The notes under the pieces: model-generated | Told to the model about the DNA's origin: nothing | The model's input: only the letters and a program-made list of their open reading frames with translations | Databases searched by the model: none | NCBI GenBank assembly: GCA_965287045.1 | Contig: OZ336878.1 | Span: 62,434,001 to 62,498,000 of the forward strand | Source of the DNA: Carcharhinus amblyrhynchos | Taxonomy: Eukaryota | Direction of reading: 5' to 3' | Length of the DNA stretch: 64,000 nucleotides | Shown here: in pieces, positions 37,843-48,249 of the stretch | Layout: every line of letters starts with the position of its first letter | Numbering within the stretch: the stretch's first letter is position 1 | Position numbers and translations under genes: made by a program

Positions 37843-38965
37843 CTGGAAAAGACAAAAAAAAACAAGCTTATCTTTAAAGTTTGTAATGCACCGTGCCAAT
37901 TTTATTCCGAGGAATCATCCTTATGTTCACTGCTTCAACTTCAGACCACATTGCAAATGAAATGCGGTTTAATCTCTGAACGAGGAGATAAGTGCTTACT
38001 TGTGAGTTTTGTGGTTTAACAATGGAGCACAGATTAATAGAGGATACAGCCTAAAGCCATCCTTTGTGGTGTGGTTTCCCACAACCCTTATTTAATCCTA
38101 GCTATCAGACATCGAGTACGCGGTACTTGTTAAAGGAGAACCTCATTAGGAAATGGTGTTCTCTTAAGAGGAATTCCAAATGACCTTTCTCGTGTTCATT
38201 TTTTAATATAGACCTTTGATCTTAATTGCGAAGTATTTTAGTGTTCGTGAAGATGACGCCTCAAAGTGCACGGTGAGATGCGATCACCTGGGATCAGTCT
38301 ACTGGGTTCTGTAACTCCCGGAGCTGTGCTGTAGGTCCTTATAGACTTGTCCGCCTGCCAGCAGCTTTCAGGTGCACTTAATATTTGCAGCGGTAGCAGA
38401 TTTGTCTGTGAGGCAAGTCCATATCTGCCACTCACTCCGAGCCGACTATATTAAATTTTTATATTTATTGACAATTCATTACCATAATTGACTGCAGTAT
38501 GTTCAGTGGTGAATGGAACATTGCTGCCTCTTAAGCAAGCCAGCCAGTCCCTGGAGCAGGATTTGCAATTAAAAACAAGGTAGACTGGAATTTTTTATTG
38601 GGTAAATATGATGAGTAGAACCTTTAGTTTTAACTGCAAGCCTGGAGGATTTTCGATGCTGGCCACCTCTTTCCCTTACAATGGATCAGTATAAATAATG
38701 ATGTCAGTAAAACTATCACCCAAAGGCGTCAATCAAATTACACCAATTTAATTGTGTCGACGAGTATGTTAATGACGCTACCGACATGTTTCAGCACCGA
38801 GTGAGCTAAGTGCTCGACTCAGTGGCTCCCCTGTGGTATTGCTCATTCTTTACCCTGGGTTGTACCTATTTGCAATGTGGGTGCATATCAAGTCTAGACC
38901 AATGTTTAATCTGCCAGAGGGAAAACTAGTTTGCCGATAACAATGCTGTGTGCTGTCTCAGGTGA

Positions 38966-39246
38966 GACACGGTGGCACAGTGGTTAGCACTGCTCCCTTC
39001 ACAGCGCCAGGGACCTGGGTTCGATTCCTGGCTTGGGTCACTGTCTGTGTGGAGTCGATACGTTCTTCCATTGTCTGTGTGGGGGTACTCCGTTTCCTCC
39101 TGCAGTCCGAAAGATGTACTGGTTAGGTGCATTGGCCATGCTAAATTCTCCCTCGGTGTGCTGGAGTGTAACAACTAGAGGTTTTTCAAGGTAACTTCAT
39201 TGCAGTGTTAATGTAGGTCTACTTGTGATACCAATAAATAAAACTT
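38966..39246 (+). mobile_element. V-SINE, alternative tail
   Basis: ggtggcacagtggttagc, gggttcgattcc, tail gtaacttcattgcagtgttaatgta...aataaataaa. Confidence 0.9.
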
Positions 39247-39539
39247 TAAAGTGATTGACAAAGGGGCCATGACCTCTGGTTCTTGTACTTGATTAGTTTA
39301 AGAGACTCAATGCACATTACATCAAGACATTTTATAGTACTGTTTGATTCAATATGTATATCTCTAATTGATGGTTAGACCAGGGAAGTCGCTGAACTTC
39401 TATGGAGTGATTGAGATAAATAACATAGATATATTTCAGGGGAAGTTGGATTAGTAAATGAGGAAGAAAGGAACAGAATGTGAAGATGAAATGGGCAGAT
39501 GAAGTAAACTGGGATGACATATGTGTGAAGAATAATCCC

Positions 39540-39838
39540 AAACGAGGGCACAGTTCTAAATAAGGCATCTCCAATTTAAAACAGAGATGAGGAAAGGTTT
39601 CTTCTCTTAGAGCATTATTAGTGTTTGGAATTCTCTCCAGTCAGCAGTGGAGGTCTTCTTATTGAATATATTCAAAATTGAGTTGCCAGTTTTTTGATTG
39701 GCAAGGGAGTCAAGGGTTATGGGGGAGACAGGAAAATGGAGTTGAGACCACAATCAGAACAGCCATGATCTTACTGAGAGGTGGACAAAGCTCGAGAGGC
39801 TGAATGGTCTATTCCTGCTCCTATTTTTTATGTTCTAA
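39540..39838 (+). mobile_element. Older CR1 3' fragment
   Basis: gagggcacagttctaaa...tggaattctct...agccatgatctt...tcctgctcctatttttt. Confidence 0.85.
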
Positions 39839-39867
39839 TGAACACTGGTATAGATCTCTATAGTTAA

Positions 39868-40158
39868 ATCATAGAATCCTACAATGCAGAAGGAGGCCAT
39901 TTAGCCAATCGAGTCTGCACTGGCCACAATCCCCCCCAGGCTCTATCCCCATGCATTTATCCAAGCTAGTAACCCTGACACTAAGGGGCAATTTAACATG
40001 GCCAATTCACCTAAGCACACATCTTTGGGGTGTGGGAGGAAACCGGCGCAGACACAGGGAGAACGTGCAGACTCCACACAGACAGTGACCCAAGGCTGGA
40101 ATTGAACCCGGGTCCCTGACGCTGTGAGGCAGTAGTGCTAACTACTGTGCCACCATGA
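39868..40158 (-). mobile_element. V-SINE
   Basis: Collinear with 19905-20227. Confidence 0.9.
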
Positions 40159-40554
40159 TCACCAGCTTCATTCTGTAAAAAAAATGCCCCTGTTCATTTC
40201 CTTGCTGAGCAAAGGATGGAAGGGCCAAATGATTGAATGAAATAAGTATTTGGGACCAAACAAGACATTGATCTACTCCGTCAAAGGAAGTATATTAATG
40301 TGAGAAAATTCACACAGTGAATATTTCCACTTTCAGCAACAATGCCAGTGGTTAAGAAGCAGATTTTTTTTTGCGATGGTGTGGTGGTGAGGGACAAGCA
40401 GTTTTTTGGAACTGAATCCACACATGCTCCAGTTAAGCAACAGGGTGGACTATGGCTTTAACCTAGACCCCAGTGTGACTGTCTATCCTTGTGGCAGCTT
40501 CTGCATGGCTTTGTGAAATCGAAAGAAGAATAGAGAATAAAATCACTCAAAAGA

Positions 40555-41896
40555 TGGTATGAGTAGTGGGGTGGGGGGTTAGTGAGTAGGGTGGGGAGTT
40601 AGTGAGTGGGGTGGGGGTAGTGAATGGGGTGCGGGTAGTGAGTTGGGTGGGGCTAGTGAGTGGGGGGGGTAGTGAGTGGGATGGGGTAGTGAGTGAGGTG
40701 GGGGTAGTGAGTGAGCTGGGGGATAGTGAGTGAGGTGGGAGTTAGTGAGTGGGGTGGGGGTAGTGAATGGGGTAGGAGTATTGAATGGGGTGGGGGTTGT
40801 GAGTTGGGTGGGGATAATGAATGGGGTGGGGTGATAGTGAGTGGAGTGGGGTGTAGTGAGTGGAGTAGGGTGTAGTGAGTGAGATGGGGAGGTACTGAGT
40901 GGGATGGACGGTAGTGAGTGGGTTGGGGGGCAGAAAGTGAGGTGGAGGAGTAGTGAAGGGGGATAGTGAGTAGGTTGGGGGGTAGTGAGTGGGGTATGGA
41001 GTTGTGAGAGGTGGCAGGGTAGTGAGTGGGGAGGGGGTTAGTGAGTGGGGTGGTGGTAATGAATGGGGTGGGGGGTAGTGAGTGGAGGTGGGGGGGTAAT
41101 GAGTGGGGTGGTAATGAGTGGGGTGGGGGTAGTGAGTTTTGTGGGGGTAGTAAGTGAGGTGGGGGGTAGTGAGTGGGATGGGGGTAGTGTGTGGGATTGA
41201 AGGTAATGAGTGGGGTGGGTGGTAGTGAGTGGGGTGGGGGGTTAGTGGGTGGGGTGGGGGTAGTGAGTTGAGTGGGGGTTAGTGAGTACGGTAGGGGTGA
41301 GTGAGTGGGATGAGGGCTTAGTGAGTGGGGTGGGGGATCGTGAGTGGTATGGGAGGTAGTGAGTGGGTGAGGGGGTAGTGAGTGGAGGTGGGGGGTAGTG
41401 AGTGGAGTGGTGAGTAATGAGTGGGGTGGGGGTAGTGAGTGGGGTGGGAGGTAGTGAGTGGTATGGGAGGTAGTGAGTGGGTGAGGGGGTAGTGAGTGGA
41501 GGTGGGGGGGTAATGAGTGGAGTGGTGAGTAATGAGTGGGGTGGGGATAGTGAGTGGGGTAGGGGGCTAGTGAGTGGGGTAGGGAGTAGTGAGTGGGATA
41601 GGGAGGCAGTGAGTTGGGTGGGGGTAGTGAGTGGGGTGGGAGGTAGTGAGTGGTATGGGAGGTAGTGAGTGGGTGAGGGGGTAGTGAGTGGAGGTGGGGG
41701 GTAATGAGTGGAGTGGTGAGTAATGAGTGGGGTGGGGATAGTGAGTGGGGTAGGGGGCTAGTGAGTGGGGTAGGGAGTAGTGAGTGGGATAGGGAGGCAG
41801 TGAGTCGGGTGGGGGTTAGTGAGTGGGATGGGGAGGCAGTGAGTAGGGTGGGGGTTAGTGAGTGGGATGGGGAAGAAGTGTGTGGGGTGGAGGGGT
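40555..41896 (+). repeat. G-rich minisatellite, unit about 17-19 bp, consensus roughly GGGGGTAGTGAGTGGGGT
   Basis: Dozens of degenerate tagtgagtgggg units; almost no C on the + strand. Confidence 0.97.
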
Positions 41897-42268
41897 TCTG
41901 ATCTCAGTCAATTTGAAAAACATTAACATTACAACTTCTTTCATGTGCTGTTTCCACACGTTGATAGTATTGGAAAGACAACAACGTTGTCTGGGTCTTT
42001 CTACAAGTGGAAATTCCTTTTGAATCCGTGCTTTGGCCAACAAGCTTACTGATAAAACTAAATATTCATTTGTAACCTAAGAGAGAAACTTGGACATCCA
42101 AGAATTAGCCATTAAATGTTGGGATCATTCCGGATATGTGTGACAGAGTGAGGCTAACTTTGTACGATTGTGTATAGTGTTTGATTGTGAATCATTAAAG
42201 TCAAAATGGCCCCAACTGTGTCCGCAGAACATTGAACTATGAAAGAGTTTGATCCTGTCTTCAGCCAA

Positions 42269-42381
42269 CATACACACACACAAACACACACACACACACG
42301 TGCACATGTAAATACACACACACAAACACAAACTCACACACACACGCACACACACACACACACACATATATGCACACACAA
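42269..42381 (+). repeat. Imperfect (CA)n microsatellite
   Basis: Visible directly. Confidence 0.95.
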
Positions 42382-42567
42382 TGTTTTGCAACAGGGACCC
42401 TGGCTGGCCTCCTCCTCCTCCCTGAGCTCAAAGCCGCTGAGGGTGTACTCTTACTGGGATCAACAAGATCAGCACAGACCCAGGGATTGCAGGCTTCAAT
42501 TTATCAGCAATTGATCCTTGGAACTCCTGATCTTCCCAACAACAGATGAGCCCAACAAATCAACGGG

Positions 42568-42732
42568 GCTGAAATAAAAACAGAAAATGCTGGAAATACT
42601 CGACAAGTAAGTGGCATCTGTGGAGAGAGACAGAAACAGTATTAACGTTTCGCCAGAGCTGAGTTCTTTCTTCACCGATGTTGACTGATTTGCCGAATAT
42701 TTCCATGCTTTTCCTATGTTCATTTCAGATGC
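42568..42732. mobile_element. Penelope-like inverted terminal fragment
   Basis: ctgaaataaaaacagaaaatgctggaaatactc...gaatatttccatgcttttcctatgttcatttcag, an imperfect inverted repeat; related pieces at about 24200-24300 and 46205-46320. Confidence 0.55.
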
Positions 42733-43575
42733 TTTTCTTTCGATGGACCATCGAAATGCATTGTTTCACAACTTTATGGTAAACCTGGACACCCTGAAAC
42801 CCCAGTGCAGCAATGATCCCATTCTGCTGTTGTCTTATTCCACATTGAAGGGTTTTACAGCCAGAGAGTTACTGATACCTGCAATCCTCCAGACCATCAT
42901 GAACACCATCTGCTGGGCAGCATGCTTTTGTAAGCAAGCTGGAGGATTCTCACAGTAACTTCATTGCAGTGTTAATGTAAGCCTATTGTGACACTAATAA
43001 ATCAACTTATAAGTAGTTACGTTTGTGATCTGTTTTACCACAAAATTTTGATAGCAGGTTCGGCAAAGCCTGTGTACTTCATCGTATTTTAAGGTTTTTT
43101 TTGAAAAGTACAATGCACAAAAGTACAAGTGCCACTACAAGTCCAAACAAGATGTTATAGTTTGATGTACTTGAAACAGTAGCAATAGGAAGACAATTTT
43201 ATATTAACAAGCTCTTCCTAATAAACTAACTTTGTCAGGAGATGCTTGTTGAAGGCTGTCATTTTAATCGAGTATAAAATAATAGAAGATAATGAACTGT
43301 TTGGCATCCAGCTTTTCCCCAGTGATGGTGCAACACCAGATGTTCATTAATCAAAGTATGCAAATACTAGCAAAATGCAACACTTGTACTGTGACAGACA
43401 ACAAAGACTTGGACCCATGTTGTTTCTCAGCACGAATGTAAACCCAGCATTAATGGCTGGAAGAGGGAGTTTTACTCAGGGACAATGATGGGAAGAAGAG
43501 CAACTTTCTGCAAACTCAAAAGTATCCCACTGGCAGCTCAAAAAATCGATCAAAACAACTTTAAAGCAACACATT

Positions 43576-43680
43576 GGGCAGAATTTTACCGGCATGTCTG
43601 CCCAAGGGTCATACGATCCAGCCCAAGGCCAACAGAGAATGCCGTTTCTGAGCCTCGCCCGCCCCTGGAAAATTCCAGCC
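43576..43680. mobile_element. MITE with TIRs and a 3-bp ATT target duplication (Harbinger-like)
   Basis: att|gggcagaatttt...aaaattccagcc|att. Confidence 0.7.
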
Positions 43681-43784
43681 ATTATCTGCATGTTTCTTGT
43701 ACGGGAGCAGCAGAACTCAAATGATCAAAAATTCCTAAAGGGGGTATTGAGGTGAGTTTATATTTGAGAACTCTTGACATGCAG

Positions 43785-43990
43785 AGTCCCTGTGTTTGCC
43801 CAGGTTTCTTTCGGGTGTTCCGGTTTCCTCCCACAGTTGGAAAGACGTGCTGGTTAGGTACATTGGCCATGCTAAATTTTCCCTCAGTGTACCTGAACAG
43901 GCGCCGGAGTGTGGCAACTAGAGGATTTTCACAGTAACTCTACTGCAGTGTTAATGTAAGCCTACTTGTGACACTTGTAAATAAACTTCA
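43785..43990 (+). mobile_element. Partial V-SINE, alternative tail
   Basis: ccggtttcctcccacag core; tail gtacctgaacaggcgccggagtgtggc...gcctacttgtgacac. Confidence 0.85.
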
Positions 43991-44194
43991 AAAACTTACA
44001 GTTCAGAGTGAATCTGACTTCCCATTACGTCAAATCCTCAGAATTCAAAAGCATCCAATGAGAAAAAAAATGATCTGGCTATTTGATCCAAATATTGGGT
44101 TTTGAAGAGTAATAGCTTAAAGTGATATAATTTGTAAGTAGCACTTTGCCACACCAAGTTCTGTGAAATGCCTGGCGACCATCAGACATTTAAA

Positions 44195-44385
44195 TGGACC
44201 TACCTTATATTAAGTTGCTCTTTTTCTATACCCTAGCTATGACTGTAACACTACATTCTGCACGCTCTTCTTTCCTTCTCCCCTATGTACTCTATGAACA
44301 GTATGCTTTGTCTGTATAGCGCAAGAAACAATACTTTTCACTGTATCTCAATACATGTGACAATAATAAATCAAATCAAATCAAA
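44195..44385 (+). mobile_element. LINE 3' end with (AAATC)n tail, Rex1-like
   Basis: gtgacaataataaatcaaatcaaatcaaa; same family as 1004-1222. Confidence 0.65.
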
Positions 44386-44779
44386 ATATTTGGGGTTTAC
44401 ACCATCATTCAAAGTCAAAATGGCCCCAACCGTGTCTGCAGAGCCTTGGACTATGAAAGAGCTTGATCCTGTTCTCAGCCAACACACATGCACATTTACA
44501 TGGAGCGAATGTTACCATCCTGGAAATGATGTGTAAAGATTGGCACGTATTTTCTTTTGTTCAGGGAGAGATTTCTTTGTTTGTGCTCAGTGAGGTGATG
44601 TTTGCTGTTTTATATGAATGCAGCAACCAGCCAGCACTAACTGCACTATTTGTTGACTGGCTTCTTCAACAAGTGGCGGCACTATTACGAGTAACTAGCA
44701 TGTGTTAAACTTAGCTTTCACCTCTTAAAGAAGAGTTACATTTTGGTTTGTGGCAGACAAACCGGGAGACTTTGTGAGC

Positions 44780-47700
44780 TGAACCTGTGGACATTGATTA
44801 ATGGCACAACATAGGAGAATGTGGGCTCTGAGTTTTCACATGCTGTATTGGAGGCTCTGATAGTAGAGATGCAAAATATTCACAGAGGATCTGAAGGCAC
44901 TCTAGACACACAGGCCAGAATTTTCCAGTCCCTCCGCTGGCACGATCTTCCGGTCCCATTGATGTCAGCTTGCCACATTAGTCGTGGGGGAATCTGCCAC
45001 AAGGGTCCATGGACTTCTGGCCACAGTCAAAAAGTAGTTGGAGCTGACAGCCCTGGCAGTCAGTGGAATAGGAGTCAAGCCCCAAGGAGCTGGATGCAGT
45101 GCTGCAAGAACCTCAATGACCTCAAACAGGTGGTCAAGGTAGGAGAATACATCTTCAAAGTTCAAATCCACTAGCCTCACACTCTGCTCAGAGAAACATA
45201 CTCACAATCACATACCTCCCAACAAACTTCGATAAGTCACAACTCATTAAAGCTCACATTTATTGTTTCAGCTCACCCTCATTCACTGAGCAAGCCTCAT
45301 GTGCACATTTCACAGCTTTCATGCATTACCAGTTTTTCAATCATGCCACATCACCCAAACATATTGCATGGAGGAGATGCTGCTGCTCATTTTTAACATA
45401 CCCATTGCTGCAGTCATACTCAGTGGTGGGGCCGAAACTACTGATCCTGGTTTGATTCCCGGCTTGGGTCACTGTGTATGTGGAGTTTGCACATTCTTCC
45501 CGTGTCTGTGTGGGTTTCCTCTGGGTGCTCCGGTTTCCTCCCACAGTACAAAGATGTGCGGGTTAGGTTAGCCATGCTAAATTAGTGTCAGGGGGATTAG
45601 CAGGGTAAAAATGAGGGGTTATGGGATTGGGACCTGGGTGGAATTGTGGTCGGTGAAGACTTGACGGGCTGAATGGCCTCCTTCTGCACTATAGGGATTC
45701 TATGATGATGACAACATGTTTGTACCTAATTTTCCTTCTCATGTCTCTCTCCCACCTCATCCCACACTTCCTTTTGATTTACAAGCTGCAGATGGTGGAA
45801 GTTTGTACCTCCTACTTGCACCCGCACCCTGACCTTAACCTCATGCCTTTCTCCTTTTGAGTATCCAAGAACAGTAACCTGGCCAGGTGCTGGAGGAAAA
45901 CCAAGCTGTCAGTGCTGTTGAAGGTAAAGCAATGTCACTCGATTTCACACATGCAGTTACTGGCTCAGATATCAACACTGTGCAATACATGAAGGATAGC
46001 AGAAAGGTGGTATCTGCGTGTGATGAGACATCAGGCATGAGTGCTGGGAGTGAAGGCGGTGTCAGGGAATGGTAACAAAGTGCCTGCTGACCGGAGAGTG
46101 AGGTAATGCATGAGTTCTGCAGCAGAGGAGCCAGGTGAGCACTCTGATGTGACAGGTTACAGAAGAAGCCTGATGGCTATGCAAAGCAAGAAAGGTTGTG
46201 AGAGGAAGAAAGCAAAGTACTGCAAATGCTGGATGCAGCTTTGACAATGGATCTTTTCTCTCCTTATGGATGATGCCAGACCTGCTGAGATTTTCCAGCA
46301 TTTTCTCTTTTGGTTGCTGCATTGGAAGGCCTGTCAGAATGCTGGGATCAATGTTGAATCGTACGGGAGAATCCAACACCAACTTGGTACTGAGATTTGG
46401 CCAGAGCTTGGCTCCTGGTCTTTTAAGAATGGAATAGGTTGCCAACTCCATAAGGCACTCGTGAATATCACCGTGGTGCAGCATCTGATGGCCAACGTTG
46501 AAGCTTCCATTGCAGTACAAGTTGAAAACCCCCAACTACTGCAATGACAGAAGTCACACAAGCTCAGCTTGCTGCTGTGCAAGCTCAGGCTGTGCCCGTG
46601 GTGGCTATGAATTACAATACAGAATAACTTGCAGGCTGTCAAAGCAACCAAGCAATCTATCCTGCAACATCTTTCAGGGATTGCTGAGACACTGCACTGT
46701 GGGAGGATGATGGTGGCTCCATGAAACACGGGCTTTCTGCCCTCTCTCAGGAAGACACGATCCATCCTCACACCCCTGCCACTCCACCATGCTTTTGCCA
46801 GCTACCCAGCTGGAGCTGCTGCCTTCGGTGCAGTGCAAAGCTGGGCCTTCTTTGACCCAGAGCTGCCCCATGTATTCCTCCAGGATCATCTGCAGTCTCC
46901 TCCATTGAAAGTCAGCAGCCTTCCACCAGCCCTGTGCAGCCACTGGAGCAGCACTGCATAAGAGCACTAGGATAGTCAAGGCACACCAAAGACAAACATT
47001 AACAGAACACATTAATTGACTGTAATGAAAAATGGCACACTCTCAATTACACGTTTGATTTGAAATGTTTATTGAGTGGTGGCTTTTACTTTTGCATTGT
47101 GGCTGTAAATTCAGCCAAATGCCTGTTTCCTGTTACCAAAGACTGTTTATTGTGCACCGTACCTGCAGCCTACAGCCTACAACCTACGTCAGGACCTACA
47201 ACACCGTTCTGGGTGGAGCAGCAGTATTAAAAGCCTCCGCTGACTGCTTCTCATTGGGCGAGTTTCTCCTTGCTCCAATAGAGGCTTGTACTCCAGGAAG
47301 TCCATCAATTGATGATCCCCCATGATCCTCTTGGCTGTCATAACAGTGGTCAATTGGACATCTCCCACCTCTGGTTCTTCTTTCTCCACCTCCTCTTGCT
47401 CCTGCTTGTCATGTAGTTGGTGACAAACGCACCAATGGAGAGGTTGTGCAACATAGTCTGTAAGTTCCGTAGGGCTCCTTCTGAATGGTCTGGACAATGG
47501 AAGGGCTGTTTCAGCATGCCAATGATATGTTCTGTCACACAGACTTTGAGTGTATGTACACTATAAACATGTAGGCTGCACACTGGAATCCTCAGCTATG
47601 GGGTCAGCAGATAGCCCTTGTCATTCAGTAGCCATCCACTGGAGGCCTAAATACAACTGACAGAGTGGAATATCACAGAATGAAGACATCATGGCTGCTA

Positions 47701-48040
47701 CCAAGATACTGGGCATTGACCTGCATAATCCTCTGTCTTTGGTCGCATGCTAAGTGGGCATTGGGAAGTGTAAACCCTCTCAGTTCTGGCATAGGTCAGA
47801 GTTTACATGTGGTGCCCGCTGTGTGTGTGCACTCAATGGCACTCTGTACCATGAGGAAGTAGGCTTTCATAGCAAAGCTGTATGCTTGCTCTGCCTGCTT
47901 CTCTCTGCCAAAGGGTCAATGACCTTCCTCATCAAAATGTACAGCAACAGCCAGAAGAAATCAATCAGCAACTAATCTCTAGTGATTAGTGTACTGCTGA
48001 GGGCTCTCTCCTGTTACTGAACATCAGGTTAAAAACTAAG
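44780..48040. mobile_element. Decayed PIF/Harbinger transposon with nested MITE (about 44912-45000), V-SINE (45440-45705) and PLE-like fragment
   Basis: + strand Myb-like EFSHAVLEALIVEM...APRSWMQCCKNLNDLKQVVK|gt; - strand transposase motifs. Confidence 0.75.
47300..47920 (-). pseudogene. Harbinger transposase remnant
   Basis: CDQRQRIMQVNAQYLGSSHDVFIL, GWLLNDKGYLL, EHIIGMLKQPFHCPDHSEGAL, then an acidic tail. Confidence 0.88.
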
Positions 48041-48249
48041 TGGACGAGATTCTCTGGCCTCCCCTCAGTGTTTTTCTCGGCAGCAGGAGGGAGCGTTGTG
48101 CTCTCTGGCAACGGGATACCCCAGTCCTGTCACTGTCAAAGGGGATTCCTACTGAAGCCATCCCACACTGCCAAGAAATACACACGGGGGTGCACCATCA
48201 GTGGGACCAGAGAATCCCTGCAAAGTGAACAAGCAGAGAATTCCAGCCA
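48041..48249. mobile_element. MITE-like element
   Basis: ggacgagattctc...gagaattccagcc imperfect TIRs. Confidence 0.55.

Noticed and set aside
40555-41896. CRISPR-like or telomeric array, or Gly/Val/Ser-rich ORFs
   Set aside because: No unique spacers, the unit is not TTAGGG, and the ORFs are translations of the repeat.
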